The notes beneath the pieces were generated by a model. That model did not search any database. It was not told the DNA's origin and saw only the letters and a list, made by a program, of their open reading frames with translations. A stretch of DNA of 64,000 nucleotides. It comes from a virus. Lineage: Duplodnaviria > Caudoviricetes. The DNA is taken from IMG/VR virus record IMGVR_UViG_3300017585_000161, positions 18,564-82,563 of that record. One strand, written 5' to 3'. How positions within the stretch are numbered: position 1 is the first letter of the stretch; each line of letters opens with the position of its first letter. Positions 34,013 through 43,956 of this stretch are shown here, piece after piece. Position numbers and translations under genes: made by a program.

Positions 34013-34342
34013 ATGAAAATAGTATATAACAACATTATCCCCTTCAAGGGGTACAAGGCAGTCAATCTCTTTGGTGTCCTCTTTGTCCGTAAGGAAGCTA
34101 AGATGAGCCAAAAGGATTTGACGCACGAGGCGATACACACGGCGCAGATGAGGGAAACATTATATGTCTTCTTCTACTTGTGGTACGCTGTGGAGTGGCT
34201 CGTAAAGGTTTTCCGCTACTGGAACTTCCACACCGCCTACAGGCATGTCTCCTTTGAGCAGGAGGCTTATCTGATGGAGAGTGTCGATGGTTATGACAAG
34301 AACAGAGCTTATTACAACTGGCTGTCTTTTGTGTTCAATTAA
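34013..34342 (+). CDS. Membrane-associated HExxH protein
   Basis: THEAIHTAQ, aromatic TM segment FFYLWYAVEW, SFEQEAY; ATG at 34013. Confidence 0.7.
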   Translation: MKIVYNNIIPFKGYKAVNLFGVLFVRKEAKMSQKDLTHEAIHTAQMRETLYVFFYLWYAVEWLVKVFRYWNFHTAYRHVSFEQEAYLMESVDGYDKNRAYYNWLSFVFN

Positions 34343-34363
34343 CAATTAAAACTTATAACTGAT

Positions 34364-34615
34364 ATGAAATTTCAATATAGCGAAGGATGCACACGTAACA
34401 GTCTTACTGTCAATGGCAAGGAAACCGCTGACATGCCTGTTGAGGAAGTGCGCAAGGCTGCTCATGTGCTCATTGACTACACTGACAGCCTCTCTGACTT
34501 GCAGGAGGTATTGATACAAATTCTGTGTACTCATGGAGAGTACAAGGACTTAGGATGGTGTATGACCTGTGGAGATCATAATGAGGAATATACATTGGAA
34601 GTGGAGGACAAATAG
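34364..34615 (+). CDS. Hypothetical protein with a C-terminal CxxC
   Basis: 83 aa; CMTCGD. Confidence 0.7.
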   Translation: MKFQYSEGCTRNSLTVNGKETADMPVEEVRKAAHVLIDYTDSLSDLQEVLIQILCTHGEYKDLGWCMTCGDHNEEYTLEVEDK

Positions 34616-34641
34616 CTTGTCCGTCTTAAACATTTGCGAAT

Positions 34642-34956
34642 ATGATAGAATTTGAGTACAAGACTCACATTTTCCGCTCCCATCCCTCTGAAGAGGAGCT
34701 TGACAGCTTCGGCAGCCAGGGATGGGAGCTTTGCGCCGTTGATAAAGACTTCTATGTGTTCAAGAAGCCTATAGCCAGGAAGTTTAGGGCTGTCAAAGTC
34801 ACTGATATGCGCACAGGGGAGGTCACTCATTACGAGCCTCTCTCAAAAGCCGCTGAGGCGCTCGGCTGTTCAGCGACCGCTATAAAATATGCCCTTAATC
34901 ATCATACTCTCTACTTCAAGAGGTATAAGATTGAGGAGGATGACAATAACCAGTAA
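34642..34956 (+). CDS. DUF4177-like domain fused to a NUMOD1-like HTH
   Basis: LDSFGSQGWELCAV at the N-terminus; YEPLSKAAEALGCSATAI at the C-terminus. Confidence 0.55.
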   Translation: MIEFEYKTHIFRSHPSEEELDSFGSQGWELCAVDKDFYVFKKPIARKFRAVKVTDMRTGEVTHYEPLSKAAEALGCSATAIKYALNHHTLYFKRYKIEEDDNNQ

Positions 34957-34978
34957 TGACAATTAAAGCAAACAGATT

Positions 34979-35224
34979 ATGGAAAAAGTAATAACAGGCA
35001 TTGACAGTCTCAAGGCCCTCTCGTCAAGAAGCGAGGGATGTGACTGCTACATAAAACTCAATTTCGGGCTTAGGAGCAGCAAGCACATCACTTACGATGG
35101 CTCTAAGTGGTATGTGCTTAACCTTAGTGACGACACAGAGCAGGAGCTCACTGATAAGGAATTGGGCGCTAAGACCAACATCATTGAAGCCCTGGGCAAG
35201 AACGCCCTTATCCTTGATGATTAA
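34979..35224 (+). CDS. Hypothetical protein
   Basis: 81-aa ORF. Confidence 0.7.
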   Translation: MEKVITGIDSLKALSSRSEGCDCYIKLNFGLRSSKHITYDGSKWYVLNLSDDTEQELTDKELGAKTNIIEALGKNALILDD

Positions 35225-35318
35225 AATAAAACACTTAATTTGTTCTTTTTATTATCCTTTTTATTGTAATTAGGAAATAAAAATTTTTAATTAAGGCTTT
35301 TCATAATTTAGAGAAATA

Positions 35319-35331
35319 GATTATTTTTGCC
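35319..35331 (+). promoter_or_regulatory. Host-type promoter of the vRNAP gene (GATTATTTTTGCC)
   Basis: Contains TATTTTTG (TAnnTTTG); the same 13-mer occurs at 63292..63304 on the minus strand. Confidence 0.65.
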
Positions 35332-35347
35332 AAAAATTTTTATACTT

Positions 35348-38300
35348 ATGATACGTTCTGTATGTCATCTTTTTGATGCAAAATTAGACACACAAGTGGC
35401 ACGAATGTTTGGTTGGAGTCCTGTAATGGGTGGTAAAGGCTGGAGTCCTCGTAAAATAACAGCGCTTAGGGGGTTATATGATCAATATCGGCAGGAAGAA
35501 GCGGAAAGAGGAAATGAAATCCCAGAATTGGATTACAGTAATCCCCTTGAGGTGTACAAAAAACTAAGTTCTTTTCGTAGCGTTATAAGAATGCAACATT
35601 ACGCTCGACTCAAAAGTTCTGTAAAACATCCGGAAAGGGCATGGGACGCTTTGAAACATTCCTATTCTTTAGATGAGCGAAGTGAGGCAGTGTCACATAT
35701 TTCGACTTTGTTTTCAGAAGAAGTGGACCGTCTTATGGGTGGCTTGTCTGGTGTTTCAAGAGAAGTGTTGATTAATGGATTTACTACAACGACTGGAGAG
35801 CATATTGGCGGTCAGTTTGCTATACTTGAGGGTGTTTATAATACTGCTCTTGAGGAGAGACAACGGTACTTTGCTGAAATGCAGGAAAGCAACTATGAGA
35901 AAGCGTTTGAACAATATCAAAAAGATAAGAAGTTCAGCTGGGCAGGCGAGCCTATAATTGCTAAAGAGTATCAGGATCTCTGTCGGAGACGTTATGAAGC
36001 ATATACTAAACTTCTTGAGAATTGGAACGAGCTTGCGCCCTTCGCGCTCAAGTCACTGACTTCTACGGAAGGAGTTAAAATAGGTCTTAGTAAAGAATAT
36101 GCGACAGCAGCTTCTTCAGACAGTTTCGGAGAAAACGACATCGCGGCTAAATGGGATATTTCCGAGTCAAAGAGAGACGGATGGCAAGAAAAATCAGATC
36201 TTACCTCAGCGTATGGTTCCGTAGGGAAACAAGTCAGAAGGCTTCTTTCCACTGTTCCTCAAATGGTGTCCATACCCTACTATAAAGATGGAATAGACAA
36301 TAGTGGTAATCCAACTCCTGTATATGCAGGGGTAAAAACTCAGTATGTTGTTGACTCCTTTGGTTATATGAAATTCATGGACCCCGTAAAGACTCATCAA
36401 GCTCTTCAGGAGATGATTGGGAAAGCAGCTGACTCTGAAGACATGTTAGCTATGCTCTGCTCTGATAAGGCGCATCAAACAGCTAAATTTGCATGGGCAC
36501 AAGGCATTGTTAACGTTCTTAATGCTAACCCCCAAGCAAGAACTCAGTTTTTTGTTGATTTTCGCAAGAACTTCCAGCCTTATTCTGAAATGAAAGAAGA
36601 TGCTTCATATTTTAAGAAGAAAGGACTCAAGAAATTTTTAACTATAATACTTAATAAGTCAAAAAACACTCTTCTGAAGAAATATGAGGTGTCCATGACT
36701 TCACATGGGAAACATCCGGGATGTTTGAAAATATGGCCTTTTGAGTGTATTTTTGATGAGGGGAAAAATGGTAAGCCGGGTGAGGTTAATTGGGAAAGAC
36801 TGGCTGACCTTCGCAATAAAGTGTTGGAATGGACAGATGAGGGAACATCTGCTCCAGGTGCCTTTGCAGGGTTAAAAACTTATGCTCATAGTTCTATGCT
36901 GGTTGATTTTAGTAAAAATAAGCAGAAAAGTTGGCGAGAAAAGCGTGAGTTCCTTCTTGAAGTTTTCGTGTCATTAGGCTTTGATGTGGAAGTTGATACT
37001 GTTGATGCTATCCTCAATTCTAATGATCTTTATAGAGTGCAGGATGAACTTGTGGACTTGTTCAATCCAGATGGAAAATATACAGGCATTCTGTATATGC
37101 TGAGTGGTCAGGAACATACCATGTTCAAGCACTTATGTAATCCGAAAGATGCTGAAGATAAAGCGAAAGCGCTTGAGTATCTTAATAATCACCGTGTTTC
37201 CTATAGAACGATATATAACAGGGATAAAGGTAAGGGGACTGCTGTCAAAGATCATACTGAGAAACTTCTTAATATCATTTCCAAATATCAGGAGGGCTTC
37301 CGCGTTGAGTCAAGAGCGCGATATATGGATAACACTATGTACTCGCATGTTGCTCCCAGTTACTTGGGGGATAGGCTTGAGACTATCCAGCGGTATGTGG
37401 ATACTGATAACAAGCAGGGTCTTCTGCAATTTCTTACTGAAGAATATTTGCAAGATCCCTTCTTTGTGTCTGATGATTATATAGAGTCTGGTGGAGAAAG
37501 AGGTAAGATATATAATACATGGCTTGCAGAGATGGTTCTTGCTTGTAATAACAGCAAGGTGCCGTTAAGGAACAGTGTGGCAAGCATCTTCTCCTATGAG
37601 CGGGATTTAGGAACTTCAGACAAGAAATTTGAAGACTTTACCTCTAAGGAACATGCTATTGATATGCTTGTGCACTTTTGGGCAGACGAGGAGCAGAACA
37701 AGTATTTTGGTGCGAAAAACTCTCGTGATCCACGAAAAAGGCTCTCTGCCTTATATCCCATATTTGTTCTTGGCGATGCAGGGGTTTCTAAATATATCAG
37801 AGCTCCTCGCGTAACTTCGGCGGTAGCCTACTCTAAAAGTGGTAATGTGATTGACCCTACCACTGATACAGAACCTGTGTCTCGAATAGGTTTTGATTTT
37901 GATGAAGCTGCTGAAAACAAGGTCATTGATGCTTTCTTTGACATCTATATTCAGGAAAAGCGCAGAATGGAAATTGATAAGGCTATGTCATATACCATGT
38001 ACGCTAATGGCAAGCCTGTGGACAAGATGTCTGATACTTTTTCTATTCTTACATTTCTGAATCCGGGCAGCAAGGAATATAGCAGTAAGTATCGCATTAA
38101 TAAAGAAGATGAGTATAAGGCTGATAAGGTTAAGGCGGTTATCCGTGAATACCTTAATGATGTGACACTTAATGGAATTACTACAGATGAGGGTGTTAAG
38201 ATTCCTTCTTTCAAGCAAAGACTGGAAAATCTCAAAGTTCTTGAGACTGTTGATATTAAGGTCACTAATGATAGAGGACAGGTCACTGGCACAAGAAAGG

Positions 38301-41300
38301 AGTATAAAAATGTTTCCTCACTTGCCAATCCGCAAAATATTGACCGCAAGTTGAAGGAGTTTTACTGGAACACTAAATTGGCTACTGCTCAGCAGTTGCA
38401 GCTTATGACTATTGACCCTTCTTTCTATCACGGCACTAAGGACTTGCAGAAGCGCTATAAGGAAATTCATGCGCCTGGTGCTCTTCTTGACCTTAAAGCT
38501 CGCGATTGGGATGGTAATCTTTACAGTGAAGATGGCGTTGAGAGGTTTGCTTACTTTGATGACCTTTCTATAAATGCAGAAGAGTTTAATCCTGAGTTTA
38601 TGGAAGTTATCCTTCGCACTTATGCTATACAAGATAGGGAAGATGTTGATGCTGAGATTAAAAACGGAATCATTAAGCCCCTTACTGGTAATGCGGAGAA
38701 AATGAGACAGGACAAGCTCAAATGGCTGCTTGGCAAGGACAATTATAAGTTATACAGCCAGTACACCGCCAACACGCTCACTGACGGTCAGGGCTATCGT
38801 ACTCTTAGATCCTATAGAAAGGTTATGGGTATGGCAGGACGTTGGACTTCTGATATGGAGAACGCTTATAAGGTGATTGCATCTATTGAAGAGAAGCATA
38901 CGGATGGTTCTGATCTCACAGCTGATGAGTTGCGTCAGATTTCAAGTTTCGCTGTTACTTTACAGCCTATTAAACCATATATGTTTACTCATGAGAAGTA
39001 TTTGGTGAAAGTAGTCAAAAAGGATGCACAAGGTAAAGTGATAAGAGATGCTAATGGAAATCCTGTTACTATAGATGCCTATCGTAATATTCCTGTGCAG
39101 CATAAGTATGCTGAATCCCTTATTATTCCCGCATTGTTACCCAAGGGGAACAAACTTCGTGATCTGGCGCTTTGGATGGACAAGCATGATGTTGATTTGG
39201 TCGGCTCTACTAAAATAGCTAAAGTGGGATGTTTTGGACAAGCTAATTTCAAATATAAGACAGATAGTTTGGGTCAGCTTCTCAATGAGGACAATGAAGT
39301 TATTTCTTTAAATGGCAAGCCATTGACTGTAAGGGATAAAAACTGGAAAGATTATGCTGTCAAAGTTGCTCAAGACACAAATGGCTTTACAGATGCGCTC
39401 TCTCGATGTGTGGTTCATCAGGTGCCTTATAGAGACTATCGTATTCAGAGTAACGTTCCTGAGCATATAAACACCTCACAGCTTTTCGGGACACAGGTGC
39501 GCAAACTTATAATGTCTGGAATAAGTATGATGGCGTTAAAGTCTGAGTATCTTCCTACTGATTTTATTAATCTTGATACAGGGGATGGACTCAACACGAA
39601 AAGTCCTTTAACAGGAAAAAACATTTTAGCTTTGTTCAACAGCCTTATTTGCGCTAACATTTGGGATTCTTATGAAAAATTTGCTTCTAATGTTTCTGAC
39701 ATTGAGAAACTGGCAGATCTTCTCAAGCAGTCAACCATAGGCTCTTCCAGAGAAGCTATGGATAATTTGTTTTCCTATGTTGTTACTGGCTCTGAGGAAG
39801 ACCTTAAAAAGTTCTTTATGCCCCTCTTTGAGGGGAGTCTTGAACATGATACAGCAGCGCTGATTCTCTCAGTATTTAAAAAGGTTGTCAACAAGCAGCA
39901 AATTAATGGCGGCTCCGCTGTGCAAGTGTCCGCTTTTGGCATCAATGGCTATGAAGAGGATGGGAATTTGAGGTATGTACAGGATCCCGATAATAACGCT
40001 AATATTCTTTATGCTGAGTGCGAAATGCCCTTTGACCTCTCTTTCACCATTGATGTGAAGGCTAAGGATGGCTCTACTGTCAAACAGAAATGCAGTCTTT
40101 CTTTTGAGAAATACTGTTTTGCTGATGCTGCTCATTATGGAGAACTTATCCCTTCAGGTGAGCCTATAGCTAAAGACAGTCCCGAATATAAAAAGTATAT
40201 GTCTTATACTTATAAGGAGGTTGATGGTCAGCTTGTTCCTTGTAAGCATACCGATCCGCAGGCACAAGTCTATAAGCCTCTTATTGAGCAAGACTATCCT
40301 GATCTGCTAAGCATAATTGCTTATCGTATCCCTACAGAACGTGACTATTCCATGATCAACCTTAAAATAAAAAGGTTCACCTCTAAAATAGCTGGAGGCA
40401 CTTTAAAAGTTCCTCCACAGGGTACTACTATAGCAGGCTTTGACTTTGATATTGACAAGCTCTACTTTATGCGGCGTGAATACCACAAGCATTATAAGAA
40501 CAGCAGTTTTATAGAGGAGAATTTTTCTGACAGTCAGAAAAATGAGATTTGGAAATCTTTTTATGATGAAAATCCAGAAATAAAAGGAGTGTTGGAACAA
40601 GCCAGGCATATTGCTGAAACGAGCCATCCAGCAGGATTAATTAAATTTAATCACGGGCAGGTGGTACACCTTACTACACTCAACTCTTACTGGGAACAGG
40701 CTGATATTGAAAAAAAGTTTGGCAAAAATAAAAATGACGCTTTTCGGGAGTCTGCACAGTCTCTTGGTGCAACTCCGACCGTTAATCAGAAAGAGGCTCC
40801 TTCTGGATGGATAGAGCAATATGATTTTAGCAAGCCGCCTGAGGAAAATACAAGAGCTGCGCGAAACAATTTGCTTATTTCCCTTATACAGGCAAGGCTT
40901 TCTGATCCTGAGACTGTAAGGCAACGCTATACTCCTGGCGGATTTCAGAACGCTTCTGATGCCGCAAGGTTTCATAGGGAATTAATGTTTGGAGATGTTT
41001 CAAATGTAGTTAGAGACGGTAAAGTCGATCTTAATGCCATTCAGGAGAATATTCAAAATGGAGCGCCTGACCCGGAGCCAAATTATGATGCTACTGATCC
41101 TTACACTATTCTTATTTACAATCAGCAGAATCAAGTAGCTGGAAAACTCATAGGAATATTTGCCAATCAGAACACTCATCATGCCTTTTGTTCCGCTATG
41201 GATGTCTTCGAGTTGAATGAAGCTATATCCTTTTGCGGACATAGCTTCAAGGATTTTCTGCATAAGGAAAATCCTGATGAGGCATATAGGGTTGATCTTA

Positions 41301-43927
41301 ATATGGCGGAATTTCTTGCTGCTTCTGTTGATGCGGTCAAAGACCCTGTATTGAATTTCCTTAACCTTAACACACTTACGGCTGATGCGGGAGCTATGCT
41401 TGTGCGCCTGGGGTATAGTACTAAGGAAGTGGGGCTTCTTTTCAATCAGCCTATAATACATAAAATTTGCAGGGAGGCTTTTAATGCCAACAGTAGTTCT
41501 ACAACAGCTCTTACATCAGCTATTAGCAATGCGAAAGAGGAGCTCAACAGTCATCTCGGTGCCGGTAATAGAGGTTCTGCGCCTGTATTGTCTGCTGAAA
41601 ATCTTGCGCTAAGCATCATTAATAATCGTCTTGCACAGGAACAGGGAGGAGGCGCTGAAGATTTTATGGCTAATGACGCTGTTATGCAGAAGGCTGTCTT
41701 AGATTTATTTGAGCAAGTGGTTAAAGCTGCTGCTGATGTGTCCGCCTTTGTCCTTAATACTAAGTTTACCGCTTCAAATTCCGTGAAATCTACGCTTGGA
41801 GGTTTGTATGCCCAACAGGAGAAAGTTGCCACATATCTTGATGATTTCCAAGAAGATACGGAAGGAGCAAGTACAAAGTATTGTAGAATGATTGTGGCTA
41901 AAGGGCTGAAGAAGGCAGGTCTTTTAGGCAGACCTATTGATAATGACCGCAGTCTTATGGACTATACAAGACAGCAATATCTGCACCAAGTCAGGTATAA
42001 TCCGTTCGCTTACGAGCAGTGTATGTTTGACTGTAATAGGAAAGCGCTTTCTTTGTTGCAAAAATATTACCCCTATGACCGGCCTTTATATTCTAATGCA
42101 AGGCACTCACTGCAGGAATCAGCCTCCTATGGCTCTCTTACTGAAGATGAAATTAACAGCATCCATTCGGAAATTCTCGTATTTGCGCTTGCCTCGCAAA
42201 CAAAATCTTTGTTTAACGGAGAAGCCGCTTATGAGAGAGATGGAGTAAAATATAATATAACAAATAGAGAATATTATAGGGAACATTTTGCTGAAGAAGC
42301 GTCATTAATGCTTTCTAAGTATCCAGAGCTTCAAAGACTTGCGCTTTTTAAATACATAACGCCGCAGCTTATTGTTAAAGAGGTTCCTGATGGTCTGGGA
42401 GGCAAGAAGCCTATTGATACTTTTAAACTTTCTATACAAGATGTTGGAGGGCTTGACTCAGAGGTTAAGGAGGATATTCGGGAGTCATGGGCTTCTTTAA
42501 TGGAGGTTGATGATCATGGTTACCCTAAGAACTATGAGAAGTTCACTGTAGGTAGGGACTTATTTATGTATTGTTATTATCAAATGGGCTTTCAATTTTC
42601 TCCTATCTCATTCATGCATCTTGCGCCTACTCAAGTCAAGGACAACATTAAAGTTCCCCGTAACCATAGCTTGGAACCTAAGGCTTTTGATGTTGTTCAT
42701 CCTCAGGGAGATGATGTTCTTGTATTCTCTCGTGATGATGAGGAAATGCGTCTTATGGCGGATAACTTTGGAGCTGCCTACAATAATCCTAATATGTTTA
42801 GTGTTTTACACAATGAGTCTTTTTGCTGGCCTGAGACTCTTTCAGTTAACGATGTAAGAAGTCTCTGTGAGGAGGCGCTCAGTCATCCTGAACTGAAATT
42901 TAAGATTGCCAAGACCCTCTCTTCAAGAGAGCTTGAGTTATTTAGCCAAAATGTTACAGGTCTAAGTGTTCCTTCTAACATATTCTTTAATCAGGAAACC
43001 CTGGAGAACATGTCTTTGGAGCAAAAGAAGGCTATGCACTATGGGGAAAGCCGTTCTTATAGGCAATTTCTTTATGAAATTCTTAATGGTGAAAATATGG
43101 GAGTGCAAAACTCTCAGTTTGTAAAACAATATCTGCTTAACCATCTTGATAATACCAAGTGGACACTTAATGTTGACTGGATGCCTGAAGTCAAGAATTT
43201 TGTCCGTAAGCAACTTATTGGCAATAACTCTATTGTTGATCTTAAAACTGGAAATTATCGTGAGTATATCACTATTGATGTTAGTACTTTAAATGGTAAA
43301 AATGATACAGGCACACGTAATAGAATTGTCAGAATTGATGAAAAAGATCATAAGGTGCGAAATGCTGTTTGGACTCCTGTCTTGAAAATAGGAGACCACT
43401 ACTACATGGCAGATAATCCGGAGTCTTACACAGATTCTTCTGAAAACTCTTTCTATATGAACAAGTCTTATACTATGCGGTATCGCAGAATACTGCCGTT
43501 AGGCTCCACTAAGGCTATTTCTTATGAGGGTGATATGGGTCCTCAACAAATGTCTGCCTCTATGAGATATACAGTTAGTCTTGATACAGCTCCTTCTTTA
43601 GGAGCAGAGTCTTTTGATGACTATATGTCTAAGGAATATGACTTGGGAAATGCCGAAACAGTTTCTGATTCAGAACCTCCTTCTCAATATAAGGAAGGAG
43701 ATGAATCTGCTGTCAGCAGACAAGAGATGGAAAATAGTATTTTACAGGAATTTGCAGCTGCTTATTTGCGTGCTAAAAAACCTTTTAATTATAAGGATTT
43801 CATATCACAAATGACAAAAGCGACTGACGAGAAGATTAAACTTATGCAAGAAGCTATTAAGAATGCTGTGCGTAAAGACGGTATTATGGTGTTGGATGAA
43901 CATGGAAATCCAATGCAGGCGTGTTAA
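35348..43927 (+). CDS. Virion-packaged single-chain RNA polymerase of crAss-like phages
   Basis: About 2860 aa with catalytic GFDFDIDKL (40442-40456; the DFDID motif described for phi14:2 gp66), NTLTDGQG and YRIPT. ATG 35348 is preferred over the TTG at 35327. Confidence 0.9.
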   Translation: MIRSVCHLFDAKLDTQVARMFGWSPVMGGKGWSPRKITALRGLYDQYRQEEAERGNEIPELDYSNPLEVYKKLSSFRSVIRMQHYARLKSSVKHPERAWDALKHSYSLDERSEAVSHISTLFSEEVDRLMGGLSGVSREVLINGFTTTTGEHIGGQFAILEGVYNTALEERQRYFAEMQESNYEKAFEQYQKDKKFSWAGEPIIAKEYQDLCRRRYEAYTKLLENWNELAPFALKSLTSTEGVKIGLSKEYATAASSDSFGENDIAAKWDISESKRDGWQEKSDLTSAYGSVGKQVRRLLSTVPQMVSIPYYKDGIDNSGNPTPVYAGVKTQYVVDSFGYMKFMDPVKTHQALQEMIGKAADSEDMLAMLCSDKAHQTAKFAWAQGIVNVLNANPQARTQFFVDFRKNFQPYSEMKEDASYFKKKGLKKFLTIILNKSKNTLLKKYEVSMTSHGKHPGCLKIWPFECIFDEGKNGKPGEVNWERLADLRNKVLEWTDEGTSAPGAFAGLKTYAHSSMLVDFSKNKQKSWREKREFLLEVFVSLGFDVEVDTVDAILNSNDLYRVQDELVDLFNPDGKYTGILYMLSGQEHTMFKHLCNPKDAEDKAKALEYLNNHRVSYRTIYNRDKGKGTAVKDHTEKLLNIISKYQEGFRVESRARYMDNTMYSHVAPSYLGDRLETIQRYVDTDNKQGLLQFLTEEYLQDPFFVSDDYIESGGERGKIYNTWLAEMVLACNNSKVPLRNSVASIFSYERDLGTSDKKFEDFTSKEHAIDMLVHFWADEEQNKYFGAKNSRDPRKRLSALYPIFVLGDAGVSKYIRAPRVTSAVAYSKSGNVIDPTTDTEPVSRIGFDFDEAAENKVIDAFFDIYIQEKRRMEIDKAMSYTMYANGKPVDKMSDTFSILTFLNPGSKEYSSKYRINKEDEYKADKVKAVIREYLNDVTLNGITTDEGVKIPSFKQRLENLKVLETVDIKVTNDRGQVTGTRKEYKNVSSLANPQNIDRKLKEFYWNTKLATAQQLQLMTIDPSFYHGTKDLQKRYKEIHAPGALLDLKARDWDGNLYSEDGVERFAYFDDLSINAEEFNPEFMEVILRTYAIQDREDVDAEIKNGIIKPLTGNAEKMRQDKLKWLLGKDNYKLYSQYTANTLTDGQGYRTLRSYRKVMGMAGRWTSDMENAYKVIASIEEKHTDGSDLTADELRQISSFAVTLQPIKPYMFTHEKYLVKVVKKDAQGKVIRDANGNPVTIDAYRNIPVQHKYAESLIIPALLPKGNKLRDLALWMDKHDVDLVGSTKIAKVGCFGQANFKYKTDSLGQLLNEDNEVISLNGKPLTVRDKNWKDYAVKVAQDTNGFTDALSRCVVHQVPYRDYRIQSNVPEHINTSQLFGTQVRKLIMSGISMMALKSEYLPTDFINLDTGDGLNTKSPLTGKNILALFNSLICANIWDSYEKFASNVSDIEKLADLLKQSTIGSSREAMDNLFSYVVTGSEEDLKKFFMPLFEGSLEHDTAALILSVFKKVVNKQQINGGSAVQVSAFGINGYEEDGNLRYVQDPDNNANILYAECEMPFDLSFTIDVKAKDGSTVKQKCSLSFEKYCFADAAHYGELIPSGEPIAKDSPEYKKYMSYTYKEVDGQLVPCKHTDPQAQVYKPLIEQDYPDLLSIIAYRIPTERDYSMINLKIKRFTSKIAGGTLKVPPQGTTIAGFDFDIDKLYFMRREYHKHYKNSSFIEENFSDSQKNEIWKSFYDENPEIKGVLEQARHIAETSHPAGLIKFNHGQVVHLTTLNSYWEQADIEKKFGKNKNDAFRESAQSLGATPTVNQKEAPSGWIEQYDFSKPPEENTRAARNNLLISLIQARLSDPETVRQRYTPGGFQNASDAARFHRELMFGDVSNVVRDGKVDLNAIQENIQNGAPDPEPNYDATDPYTILIYNQQNQVAGKLIGIFANQNTHHAFCSAMDVFELNEAISFCGHSFKDFLHKENPDEAYRVDLNMAEFLAASVDAVKDPVLNFLNLNTLTADAGAMLVRLGYSTKEVGLLFNQPIIHKICREAFNANSSSTTALTSAISNAKEELNSHLGAGNRGSAPVLSAENLALSIINNRLAQEQGGGAEDFMANDAVMQKAVLDLFEQVVKAAADVSAFVLNTKFTASNSVKSTLGGLYAQQEKVATYLDDFQEDTEGASTKYCRMIVAKGLKKAGLLGRPIDNDRSLMDYTRQQYLHQVRYNPFAYEQCMFDCNRKALSLLQKYYPYDRPLYSNARHSLQESASYGSLTEDEINSIHSEILVFALASQTKSLFNGEAAYERDGVKYNITNREYYREHFAEEASLMLSKYPELQRLALFKYITPQLIVKEVPDGLGGKKPIDTFKLSIQDVGGLDSEVKEDIRESWASLMEVDDHGYPKNYEKFTVGRDLFMYCYYQMGFQFSPISFMHLAPTQVKDNIKVPRNHSLEPKAFDVVHPQGDDVLVFSRDDEEMRLMADNFGAAYNNPNMFSVLHNESFCWPETLSVNDVRSLCEEALSHPELKFKIAKTLSSRELELFSQNVTGLSVPSNIFFNQETLENMSLEQKKAMHYGESRSYRQFLYEILNGENMGVQNSQFVKQYLLNHLDNTKWTLNVDWMPEVKNFVRKQLIGNNSIVDLKTGNYREYITIDVSTLNGKNDTGTRNRIVRIDEKDHKVRNAVWTPVLKIGDHYYMADNPESYTDSSENSFYMNKSYTMRYRRILPLGSTKAISYEGDMGPQQMSASMRYTVSLDTAPSLGAESFDDYMSKEYDLGNAETVSDSEPPSQYKEGDESAVSRQEMENSILQEFAAAYLRAKKPFNYKDFISQMTKATDEKIKLMQEAIKNAVRKDGIMVLDEHGNPMQAC

Positions 43928-43956
43928 AATTAATATAGGATAACAAAACATATTAT

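Noticed and set aside
26433-43927. Inteins or self-splicing introns in polA or the RNAP gene (known in some crAss-like phages)
   Set aside because: The genes are contiguous, with no C...HN intein boundaries, LAGLIDADG/HNH inserts or split motifs seen.
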